64,000 nt of DNA from Candidatus Fermentibacter sp. (GTDB lineage: Bacteria > Fermentibacterota > Fermentibacteria > Fermentibacterales > Fermentibacteraceae): the NCBI GenBank assembly GCA_030373045.1, contig JAUCPW010000002.1, positions 16,985-80,984 of the forward strand. Reading direction: 5' to 3'. Under the pieces are notes generated by a model. That model did not search any database and had not been told where the DNA came from. It was given only the letters and a program-made list of their open reading frames with translations. Position 1 is the stretch's first letter. The number at the start of each line of letters is the position of its first letter. Positions 27,836 through 36,202 of this stretch are shown in pieces. Made by a program: the position numbers and the translations under genes.

Positions 27836-29734
27836 TCAGCCCAGCACGCGCCTGGCCTGCCTGTAGAGCTGTTCCCTCTGGGCCGCGATGATCTGCATCA
27901 CGTCGGCCCTCGTCATGCCGGCGGCCTCTCCGAAGCCGGCCAGCATCTCCACCTCTCCGTCCGTCATCCTGCCGTCGGCCAGCACCATCCTGGCCATGGC
28001 CCCCGCGAGCTCCACCGACTCATCCCGGGTCGAGGGCGCAGGTATGGTCTGCTCGCCCGCACGGACAGACGCGATGATCTCTGCCACGGCTGACTGCGCT
28101 ATGCCGCGGTCGCGGGCGAAGTCGCCCAGGAGCTTCTCCTCGGCGGGGTCGATCACCCCGTCCGCGAACATGACGCCGGCCATCGCACCCATCAGCAGGT
28201 CCGGCGGGACCAGGGAGGCCCTGGAGAAGGCTTCCACGGCAGAAGGCCTCATGGCGGAGGCCTCGAACCTCCCGGTCGACGCGAGGACCCAGTCCTGCGA
28301 GCCGTCGTTGAGCACCCTGCCGCAGTATTCGCAGTTGCCCGACTCGCCGCCCTCGTAGGGGGCCCCGCATGCCTGGCAGTGCGAGGACAGGAAGGACTTC
28401 CCGCCCTGGGTGGCCACTCCGTGGTTCCTGACGAGGTGGTAGACGACCGGCCTCACCGTCCTGTCGCCGGCGTTCCTGATCCTGCCGTCGGAGTTCCTCC
28501 TCGCGTTGCGCGCGGACCAGCGTATCAGGACCTCGATGTGATCCTGCCCGCCTTCGGAGCCGGCGGGTTCGATCCGCTGGACCTCGACCGCCCCCACGGC
28601 TGCGTCCTTGAAGAAGAGCCACCAGCCGTCCTCCGTCGAGAGGCGCATGCTCTCGGAGAAGGACTGGCGGAAGGACTGCAGGGACACCTTGGAGAGCGGC
28701 CCCGGGTCGCCCTCGAAATGAGCCTTCATGGTCCTCCAGAATATCACCGAAGCCCTGTCCTCGATGTGCTGGAGGTTGAAGGCGGGGTCCTTCGCGAGCA
28801 TCAGGGAGTATCCCGGGATGACCGAGGGGTCGGAGGCCGTGCCCCACTCGGCTGACTGCGTGATCTCGGCCAGGACCCAGTCGTATTCGCCGCTGGTGAC
28901 GACCGAATCGCAGTTTTCGCATGTACCGGCGTCGCTCAGCGAGAGGGGCGCCCCGCAGTTGGGGCAGAAGCCCTCGAGCAGCCCGCCCGAGGCCAGCGTG
29001 ACCGCACCGGGCTTCCTCAGGAAGCTCCAGTACTCGGTGAACTGGTCTGAGCCGTTCTCGCGAAGGACCTTCCCGCTCGATGCGTCGAGGTCCCTGTCCC
29101 TCCCGCGCGCCGCTATCTCTACGTGGATGCAGTCGAAGACAGCGTCCGAATCGATCGCGACCATCCGCGAACTCACGATCGCGGCATTCTCGAGGACGTT
29201 GCGCACGCCCTCCTCGCGCAGCATGGCGGCCTGCATCGAGAACCGCTCCCTGACGCCGTCCGAGAGGAACCTGACCACGCCCGTGAAGTCCTGGGCCGAC
29301 CAGGCCGCCTGCACTTCGAGGAAGCCCTTCCCGGCCTTCCTCAGGAAGGCGTCGGGATCGAAGGCGGGATCGCGCCTGCGAAGGGCTTCGAGCCGCTGCG
29401 AGAGATCCTCCTGGCGGCGCACCGCGGCTACCCTGCCGGCCCTCTCGATGGTGCGGTACTGGTTGCCGGTGCGCGCGGCCCGGCCCATCCTCGAGACGGC
29501 TATGACCCCGACCACCAGCAGGGGCACGCCGATCAGGGGCTGTCTGAAGGCGAGCTGGACGAGCCAGAACACGAGGTATCCCAGGCCGTCGCCGCCTCCG
29601 CCCCCCCCTCCTCCTCCTCCATCGCCTCCGAAGCTCTGGCCGCCCCCCGCCCTTGCGTAGGCGGGTGACGGCAGCGCCACGAGAAGGGTCAGCATTGCTG
29701 CGAGCAGGACGATCCGGGCGGTGTGCGACTTCAT
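27836..29734 (-). CDS. Membrane-anchored protein with two Tim44-like domains, two zinc ribbons and a C-terminal TerB-like domain
   Basis: Signal/TM segment followed by a poly-Gly tract. DPAFDPDAFLRKAGKGFLEVQAAW (Tim44-like). CPNCGAPL...CENC and CQACGAPY...CEYCG. DGVIDPAEEKLL / DGRMTDGEVEML (TerB-like). Confidence 0.65.
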   Translation of the reverse strand: MKSHTARIVLLAAMLTLLVALPSPAYARAGGGQSFGGDGGGGGGGGGGDGLGYLVFWLVQLAFRQPLIGVPLLVVGVIAVSRMGRAARTGNQYRTIERAGRVAAVRRQEDLSQRLEALRRRDPAFDPDAFLRKAGKGFLEVQAAWSAQDFTGVVRFLSDGVRERFSMQAAMLREEGVRNVLENAAIVSSRMVAIDSDAVFDCIHVEIAARGRDRDLDASSGKVLRENGSDQFTEYWSFLRKPGAVTLASGGLLEGFCPNCGAPLSLSDAGTCENCDSVVTSGEYDWVLAEITQSAEWGTASDPSVIPGYSLMLAKDPAFNLQHIEDRASVIFWRTMKAHFEGDPGPLSKVSLQSFRQSFSESMRLSTEDGWWLFFKDAAVGAVEVQRIEPAGSEGGQDHIEVLIRWSARNARRNSDGRIRNAGDRTVRPVVYHLVRNHGVATQGGKSFLSSHCQACGAPYEGGESGNCEYCGRVLNDGSQDWVLASTGRFEASAMRPSAVEAFSRASLVPPDLLMGAMAGVMFADGVIDPAEEKLLGDFARDRGIAQSAVAEIIASVRAGEQTIPAPSTRDESVELAGAMARMVLADGRMTDGEVEMLAGFGEAAGMTRADVMQIIAAQREQLYRQARRVLG

Positions 29735-29810
29735 GTGTGTTCCCTCCGGAGCGTGAAGCTAGCGGAGGCACGGCGTGCTGTCCATATCCACTAGTCCGCC
29801 TTCCCCTCCC

Positions 29811-29819
29811 TGCTATAAT
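29811..29819 (+). promoter_or_regulatory. Extended -10 element (TGcTATAAT) positioned for a leaderless transcript
   Basis: TATAAT at 29814-29819 is followed by exactly 7 nt and then the ATG at 29827. No SD is present. Confidence 0.4.
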
Positions 29820-29826
29820 CACGCCT

Positions 29827-30972
29827 ATGCCTGACATGGAGTTGCCTGCACAGCCAGCGTTCCCGGAGGGTATGGCCGGTTCGGCCTGGGAGCCGTTCCG
29901 CCATGCCGATCCCGGCCGGCGGGTGACCGTAGTCGTGAACGACGCCACGAGGCCGGCCGTTGCGCACGCGCTCCTGGAGCCCGTGGCGGACCTGCTCGAG
30001 GGGCGGGTGAGGATCATCGTCGCCACCGGCACCCACGAGGATGTTCCGGGGACGATGAAGGACCTGCTCCTCGGAGGGGTCTTCCCAGGAGCCGGCTGGA
30101 CGTGCAACAGCCGCGGCGGAGGGGAGAGGGTGCGCCTGGGGAGGACATCCTCCGGAACCGAGGCGAGAGTGCATCCCTGGCTCGTGGAGGCGGATACGGT
30201 GATCCTCGCCGGCTCGGTCGAGCCGCACTACTTCGCGGGCTTCACCGGGGGCCGGAAGGCCGTGCTGCCCGGTTGCGCGGCATTCGAGTCCATCGAGGCG
30301 AACCATTCTCTTGCCTGCCTCGAGGGATCGGCCCCCGCCGTCCTGGAGGGCAACCCGGTGCACGCCGACATGGCCGAGGCCGCGGAGATGCTGGAGAGAC
30401 TCGTGCCCGTTGTCATGGCCGGCGCCGTGGTCCGCGGGAACCGGGGCCTGCACATCGCGGTCGGAAGCCTGGCGGAGGCCTTCGCCTCGTGCGTCGGATC
30501 GGCCCGCGATCATCTCTGCGTCGGGATGGCGCACCCGGTCGAAAGGATCGTGCTGAAACCCGGGGGAGGTCTCGAGACTAACCTCTACCAGTCGATGAAG
30601 GCGGTCTACAACTTCGAGGCGGCCGTCGCCGAGGGCGGGGCCGTCCTGCTCGACAGCGACTGCCGCGGGGGGCTCGGCGCCGCGCACATGGACGAGGTCC
30701 TGAGGGCATCCATGGAGCCGGGCGCCCTCGAGGGTGCCGGGAGGCGGTATTTCCTGGGCTGGCATTCCGTGTCCAGGCTGGCGAGGATCCGGAAGAGGGC
30801 CTCGATCGCACTCAGGTCGGGCCTGGAGCCGGAACTCGTTCGCAGCCTGGGTTTCGAACCCGTAAGGGATGCCGTGGAATGGGCCGGAGGATGTGCAGTT
30901 GTCATTCCCGACGCCGGGAGCACTGCGCCGGTCCTCCCCGGCCCGGGTGCGCCCGGATCGGATGGAGCATGA
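29827..30972 (+). CDS. LarA-family (DUF2088) nickel-pincer-dependent racemase/epimerase-like protein
   Basis: VVVNDATRP, IVATGTHE and EPHYFAGFTGGRKAVLPG are LarA hallmarks. Confidence 0.75.
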   Translation: MPDMELPAQPAFPEGMAGSAWEPFRHADPGRRVTVVVNDATRPAVAHALLEPVADLLEGRVRIIVATGTHEDVPGTMKDLLLGGVFPGAGWTCNSRGGGERVRLGRTSSGTEARVHPWLVEADTVILAGSVEPHYFAGFTGGRKAVLPGCAAFESIEANHSLACLEGSAPAVLEGNPVHADMAEAAEMLERLVPVVMAGAVVRGNRGLHIAVGSLAEAFASCVGSARDHLCVGMAHPVERIVLKPGGGLETNLYQSMKAVYNFEAAVAEGGAVLLDSDCRGGLGAAHMDEVLRASMEPGALEGAGRRYFLGWHSVSRLARIRKRASIALRSGLEPELVRSLGFEPVRDAVEWAGGCAVVIPDAGSTAPVLPGPGAPGSDGA

Positions 30973-30976
30973 CGGA

Positions 30977-32374
30977 ATGAGGATTTCCAGCTACCGCCTC
31001 GTCATCCTGGTGCTGGCCGGAGTGCTGGCCTACCTGTTCCTCATCTACAGCCACGGCCTGGTGAGCCGGCTCGAGGAGACCAACCGCCTCGCCAACGAGA
31101 CGATCGCCAGGTTCTGGGCTGGCACGCAGATCCCTCTCTCGCTGATCATGGAGGAGAGGCGGATCTCTGTCTGCTCGAACTGCGGAGAAGCGGTCGGCAG
31201 CGCGGTGGAGACGGACGGGTACAGGAGCTTCTGCAAGACCTGCGGCGAGGAGACCTGGCACAACGTCGTCGACAGGTGGACCGAGGAAGAGAGGGAGAGG
31301 ATCCTCTCCCACACGAGGCTGCTGTTCAGGGATCTCGTGGGCAGGCTCGGGTACGCCACCATCCTCGCCGATCTGAACAGCGTGCCCCAGATAGTGAACG
31401 GCGAGCCGCTCCCCGACTCCATTTCGGAAGAAGACCTCGTGGCCTGGAACGAGGTGATGCACAAGCTGAGCGAGTTCAACCCGCCGATACCCGTCGTCAC
31501 GATGGAGTCGGACACTATCGGGTGGCTCTTCTACGGAGTCGACAACCTCAACAGGGAGCTCATCGTAGTGCCCTTCGTCGAGCTGGGGATGCTGCTCCTC
31601 CTCGGGGGACTGCTCCTGCTGGTGATCCGTATCGAGCTGCGCAGGGAGAAGGAGATGTCCTGGGTGGGCTTCGCCAAGGAGACGGCGCATCAGCTCAGCA
31701 CGCCCATCTCCTCCCTGATGGGCTGGGTGGAGATCCTGAGGCAGAGGAACGGGATCGAGGGGCCGGAGGATCCCGAGATCCTGGAGGCGGCGGTCTCGAT
31801 GGAGGCCGACATCGCCAGGCTGAACCAGATCGTGCAGCGATACGGGGAGATGGGCAAGAAGCCCCGGCTGGCACCCGCCGACATCAACTCCGAGATCGTC
31901 TCGGCCATGGACTATTTCAGGAACCGTCCGGGCCTCGTGTTCTCGGGAGTTTCGTTCGAGACATCGCTGGAGGCGACCCGCAGCGTGATGCTCAACCGTG
32001 TCCTGTTCGGATGGGTGCTGGAGAACCTGGTCAAGAACTCCCTGAGCGCCCTCTCCGATACTCCGTCGGGCGTGGTGTCGATCAGCACCGCCGACAGGCC
32101 CGAGAAGGGCGGCATGGTCGAGGTGCAGGTGACCGACAACGGCCGCGGGATATCCCACGGGGACCATGGCAGGATCTTCCAGCCGGGCTTCACCACGCGG
32201 CGGGGCGGATGGGGGCTGGGGCTCACCCTCTCCCGCAGGATCATCGAGGAGTACCATTCCGGGAGCCTCAGGCTGGTAGCGAGCAGTCCCGGCAAGGGGA
32301 GCACGTTCTCGATCATGCTCCCGGCGGTGGAGGAGGCGGGCGATGCAGGGGCGGACGACGATACTGTGGGTTGA
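30977..32374 (+). CDS. Two-TM sensor histidine kinase (PorY-like) with a CxxC...CxxC module in the extracytoplasmic loop
   Basis: TM1 LVILVLAGVLAYLFLIY. CSNCGEAV...CKTCGEE. TM2. H-box AKETAHQLSTPISSLMGW. HATPase DNGRGI / GGWGLGL. An alternative ATG lies at 30962. Confidence 0.8.
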   Translation: MRISSYRLVILVLAGVLAYLFLIYSHGLVSRLEETNRLANETIARFWAGTQIPLSLIMEERRISVCSNCGEAVGSAVETDGYRSFCKTCGEETWHNVVDRWTEEERERILSHTRLLFRDLVGRLGYATILADLNSVPQIVNGEPLPDSISEEDLVAWNEVMHKLSEFNPPIPVVTMESDTIGWLFYGVDNLNRELIVVPFVELGMLLLLGGLLLLVIRIELRREKEMSWVGFAKETAHQLSTPISSLMGWVEILRQRNGIEGPEDPEILEAAVSMEADIARLNQIVQRYGEMGKKPRLAPADINSEIVSAMDYFRNRPGLVFSGVSFETSLEATRSVMLNRVLFGWVLENLVKNSLSALSDTPSGVVSISTADRPEKGGMVEVQVTDNGRGISHGDHGRIFQPGFTTRRGGWGLGLTLSRRIIEEYHSGSLRLVASSPGKGSTFSIMLPAVEEAGDAGADDDTVG

Positions 32375-33908
32375 CGACGAGATAGACCACCTCCAGAGCC
32401 ACGTCAGATTCCTCGAGAAGCTCGGGTACAGGGTCCTGACCGCCATGAACGCCCTGTCGGCGATCGACATGCTCCGGACCGAGAGGATCGACCTCGTCCT
32501 CATGGATCAGATGATGGTGGGGATGGACGGCCTCGAGGCCGTCGCGAGGATCAGGGCCGACTACCACGGCCTCCCCATCGTCATGGTGACCCAGAGCGAG
32601 GAGGAGGAGCTGATGGACAAGGCCCTGGGCGGGGAGGCGGACGACTATCTCACCAAGCCCGTGAACCCCAGCCAGATACAGCTCGTCATCAAGCGGCTCC
32701 TCAAGTCCACCGAACTCAGGACCCGGCAGGCGGCCGAGATCGTGTGGGGCGAGACTTCGAGGATACTCGAGATGCGGGGTTCGGACATGGCCTGGGATGA
32801 CTGGGCCGCAGTCTACCGGGTATGGGCCGTGAGGGACGTCAGCCTCGGAGGGCAGCTCAGCGAGGAGCTGAAGAGCATCCAGAGAGTCAGGTTCGAGGAT
32901 CTCGCCATGGATTTCTCGCGATTCGTCGAGCGCAACTTCCCGGACTGGATCCAGGGCAGGAACACGCCCCTCATGCCCCACAACCTGCTCGAGCGGGTGG
33001 TCGTGCCCTGCATGAAGAACTCCCGGGAGACCGTCCTCATCGTCATGGACTGCATGCGCTACGACCAGTGGCTGACCATGACCCCGTCCCTGGAGCAGTT
33101 CTTCCACATGGACACGAGCTTCATGTGCACATGCCTGCCCTCGGCCACCCCGTACAGCAGGAACTCGCTCTTCGCGGGGCTCCTGCCGAGGGACATATGG
33201 CGCTTCTACAGGTCCGACTGGATAGAGGAGTACGGCGTGCCCGGCCTGAACAGGTCCGAGCACACCTTCCTCCGCGACGCCCTGAGGCGCCTGGGGGGCT
33301 TCGAGAGGCCGGAAGGCGTCGGCTATATGAAGATATCGAACCAGAGGGAGGGGGAGTCGCTCAAGCGCTCGCTCTCCCAGCATCTCGAGGGCGGATTCCT
33401 GGCCATCATCATCAACTACCTCGACCACCTGACCCACGGCAGGTCCGAGCTGGACGTACTGAGGGACCTGGCGCCGGATGTGGCCAGCTTCCGCAAGCTC
33501 GCGTCGACATGGTACGAATCCTCGTACCTGAAGGACCTCCTGAGAACGCTGGCCGCCCGCGGGGCCACCGTGATCGTCACGAGCGACCACGGGTCGGTGC
33601 TGTGCAGGAGACAGACACCGATCAGGGGCGCCAGGGGGATGTCGAGCAGCATCAGATACCGGCTGGGCCACGCCCTCAACGCCGACCCCAAGGCATCCGT
33701 GACGGTGCGCGAGCCCGCACGGTGGGGGCTGCCCGACGACAGCCCCAGCAAGACATACGTCTTCGCCAGGGCCGACTATCTCCTGGTGCATCCCGGGATG
33801 GCGCGCGAAGAGGTGTACAAGTTCGAGGACACTTTCCAGCATGGCGGAATCTCCATCGAGGAGATGGTCGTGCCCTGTACCGTCCTCACGCCCAAGAAGG
33901 GCTTCTAG
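32343..33908 (+). CDS. PorX-type response regulator (REC + PglZ/alkaline-phosphatase-like domain)
   Basis: ILWVDDE...LVLMDQMMVGMDG (REC). VMDCMRYDQW, ATPYSRNSLF, NYLDHLTHG and VTSDHGS (PglZ). The start overlaps the kinase 3' end by 32 nt. Confidence 0.8.
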   Translation: MQGRTTILWVDDEIDHLQSHVRFLEKLGYRVLTAMNALSAIDMLRTERIDLVLMDQMMVGMDGLEAVARIRADYHGLPIVMVTQSEEEELMDKALGGEADDYLTKPVNPSQIQLVIKRLLKSTELRTRQAAEIVWGETSRILEMRGSDMAWDDWAAVYRVWAVRDVSLGGQLSEELKSIQRVRFEDLAMDFSRFVERNFPDWIQGRNTPLMPHNLLERVVVPCMKNSRETVLIVMDCMRYDQWLTMTPSLEQFFHMDTSFMCTCLPSATPYSRNSLFAGLLPRDIWRFYRSDWIEEYGVPGLNRSEHTFLRDALRRLGGFERPEGVGYMKISNQREGESLKRSLSQHLEGGFLAIIINYLDHLTHGRSELDVLRDLAPDVASFRKLASTWYESSYLKDLLRTLAARGATVIVTSDHGSVLCRRQTPIRGARGMSSSIRYRLGHALNADPKASVTVREPARWGLPDDSPSKTYVFARADYLLVHPGMAREEVYKFEDTFQHGGISIEEMVVPCTVLTPKKGF

Positions 33909-33911
33909 CCG

Positions 33912-34382
33912 GTGCTCCTCGACCTCGCGGGCCTCGAGGACCTGGCGCGGGGAACCGCAGGGATGATACGTCCCGGCGATGCCGTGCTCCTGGTGGGCGA
34001 TCTGGGGGCGGGGAAGTCGGTCTTCGCGAGGGCGCTGCTCAGGGAGCTGGGCGTGGAGGGCGACATCCCATCGCCCAGCTTCATCGTGGACGCGGAGTAC
34101 TCCTCCCGCGGCCTCTCGATCCACCACGTGGATCTCTACAGGCTCGGCGGAAGCGCCGGGGAGCTGGAGGCATTCGGCATACTGGACCTCCTGGCTTCGG
34201 ATTCCGTCGCCGTCGTGGAATGGGCCGACAGGCTGCCCGAAGGGGCCGCCTGCTCGGGTTTCAGGGTGGTCCTGGGTTTCACCGGTGATCCGCTCGTGAG
34301 GGAGGTCGGGTTTGAGCGGTTCGGTCTGGCTGGGAATAGACACGACCCAGAGGCCGGGTTCCGTGGCACTCCTGGAGGATGA
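33912..34382 (+). CDS. tsaE: tRNA t6A37 biosynthesis ATPase TsaE
   Basis: GTG start. Motifs GDLGAGKS (P-loop), PSPSFIV, HVDLYRL. Confidence 0.85.
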   Translation: MLLDLAGLEDLARGTAGMIRPGDAVLLVGDLGAGKSVFARALLRELGVEGDIPSPSFIVDAEYSSRGLSIHHVDLYRLGGSAGELEAFGILDLLASDSVAVVEWADRLPEGAACSGFRVVLGFTGDPLVREVGFERFGLAGNRHDPEAGFRGTPGG

Positions 34383-34974
34383 CGGGAGACCCGTCCAGAT
34401 CGATCTCCGGGATGATCTGTCCACGTCGGAATCCCTGCTTCCTGCGATTCGTGATCTCCTGGAGAAGGCCGGCATCGAAGGGAGCGGGCTCTCGGGCATA
34501 GGCGCCTGCCTCGGACCGGGATCCTACACCGGCCTGCGCATATGCGCCGCGACGGCCTCCGGGCTTTCATCCGGCTGGGGGGTGCCCGCGAAGGGCGTGC
34601 CCGTGCTGCGCGCCATCGCGTACTCCTCCGGGTCGGACGCCCCGGTCCTGGCCGTCGTGAGGGCGAGGGAGGGCGAAGTGTTCGCCGCCGCCTTCGAATC
34701 CGGCGATCCCTTCTCGCGGGAGCTGCTGCCTCCTGGGGTCTATACCTGCGAGGCCGCCGCGGCCTGGCTCGATGCCCGCCCGGGCTCGGCCTGCGAGGGC
34801 CCCGGAGCCACGATGATCCGTCCCGGGATCGGTCCCTCTCACTGCCTCGCACCCGGCGCGTCGGTCACGGCCCGGCTCGCCGCGGCGTACTGCGCCGCCT
34901 CGGGCCCGGACAGGTCCCTGAGGCCTCTCTATCTGAGGAGCTTCAGACAGAAGGCGGCGACCGGTGTATCCTGA
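34312..34974 (+). CDS. tsaB: tRNA t6A37 biosynthesis protein TsaB
   Basis: TTG start after GGAGG. Motifs LGIDTT and GPGSYTGLRI. Overlaps tsaE by about 70 nt, so the start is uncertain. Confidence 0.75.
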   Translation: MSGSVWLGIDTTQRPGSVALLEDDGRPVQIDLRDDLSTSESLLPAIRDLLEKAGIEGSGLSGIGACLGPGSYTGLRICAATASGLSSGWGVPAKGVPVLRAIAYSSGSDAPVLAVVRAREGEVFAAAFESGDPFSRELLPPGVYTCEAAAAWLDARPGSACEGPGATMIRPGIGPSHCLAPGASVTARLAAAYCAASGPDRSLRPLYLRSFRQKAATGVS

Positions 34975-36202
34975 GACTAGGCGCGGACGCCCCGGCGATG
35001 CCGCAGCGATAGCGAGGATAGAACGCGCGTCCTTCCCGGACCCCTGGCCGCCCGACGTGTTCGAGGAGTGCCTCGAGCCCTGGTCGGGCATCTCGACCTG
35101 GATCGCGGCAGACGCCGGCAGGATCATCGGATACGTCTGCGCCGCGATCCCCTCTCCGGGAGTCCTCCACGTCGCGAACCTCTGCGTCACCCGGTCCGCG
35201 AGGCGGATGGGCGTCGGCAGGCTCCTGCTCGAGACCGCCGAGGACTGGGGGGCGGCCTCGGGCTGCAGGGCCTGCTTCCTCGAAGTCAGGTGCACCAACA
35301 GGGCGGCCGTCGGCCTCTACATCAGGAAGGGCTACACGCCATGCGGGCATCTGCCCGGGTATTACGGCCCCCGGAGGCACGGGCTGCGCCTCGTGAGGGG
35401 CCTCGAGGCCGGGAATCCCGGGAAGGCGGCGCTGGCCGGAGCCCTGGCCGGCCGGCTGGGAGCCGCCCCGCCGGTGGGGATCGTGCTGGGTTCCGGCCTC
35501 TCGTGGGTGGCCGACCTCTTCGGGGAAGGGGAGTCGATCTCCTGGGAGGACCTGCCCGGCATGTCGGGCGACGCTCTGCCCGGGCACCCGGGCCGGATCG
35601 TGACCAGCTCCTGCGGCAGGTTCGTGTTCCTCCTCGGCAGGAGGCATCACTATCAGGGCTTTTCCGGAAACGGGATCACGATGCTGCCTGAATCGCTGGC
35701 GGACCTGGGGGTCTCGACCTGGATCCTCACGAGCTCGGCCGGAGCGGTATCGCGGAGCCTTGCCGTGGGTGACGCCGTGGTTTTCCGCGACCATGTGAAC
35801 CTCTCGGGATGCGTGCCTGATGTGCGTTCGCGCATACCATCCCCGCTTTACTCGATGCCGCTGAGGAGGATCGCAGCCGAAGCGGCGGGGCGCACCGGGG
35901 CGCGCGTTTCCGAAGGGCTCTTCGCCTGCGTCTCGGGCCCAGCATACGAGACAGTCGCCGAACTCGACCTGCTGCGGCGGATGGGGGTCGACGCCGTATC
36001 CATGTCCACGGCGCCCGAGGCGCTGGCGCTTGCCGCCCGCGGATGCGATGTTCTCGGCCTCGCTTTCGTGACGAACACCTGCGGGCCGGGCGAGGAGGTC
36101 ACCCACCAGGCCGTCCTGGACGCGCAGGGGATCATACGATCGAGCCTCGGGCCATTCCTCGGGGCTCTTCTCGGGGGGGCCGCCGCACATGCGCTACGCT
36201 GA
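34964..36202 (+). CDS. Fusion protein: RimI-type GNAT acetyltransferase + purine nucleoside phosphorylase (PunA type)
   Basis: The N-terminal part has IERASFPDPWP...RRMGVGRLLLE (RimI). The C-terminal part has VLGSGLS...GHPGRIV...GRRHHYQG...SGPAYETVAE...VSMSTAPE (PNP family). Confidence 0.8.
   Translation: MYPETRRGRPGDAAAIARIERASFPDPWPPDVFEECLEPWSGISTWIAADAGRIIGYVCAAIPSPGVLHVANLCVTRSARRMGVGRLLLETAEDWGAASGCRACFLEVRCTNRAAVGLYIRKGYTPCGHLPGYYGPRRHGLRLVRGLEAGNPGKAALAGALAGRLGAAPPVGIVLGSGLSWVADLFGEGESISWEDLPGMSGDALPGHPGRIVTSSCGRFVFLLGRRHHYQGFSGNGITMLPESLADLGVSTWILTSSAGAVSRSLAVGDAVVFRDHVNLSGCVPDVRSRIPSPLYSMPLRRIAAEAAGRTGARVSEGLFACVSGPAYETVAELDLLRRMGVDAVSMSTAPEALALAARGCDVLGLAFVTNTCGPGEEVTHQAVLDAQGIIRSSLGPFLGALLGGAAAHALR

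Noticed and set aside
32343-33908. The PglZ domain as a marker of a BREX phage-defence system.
   Set aside because: The domain is fused to a receiver domain and paired with a histidine kinase, which is the PorX architecture. No BREX partners (pglX methyltransferase, brxC, brxL) are present.
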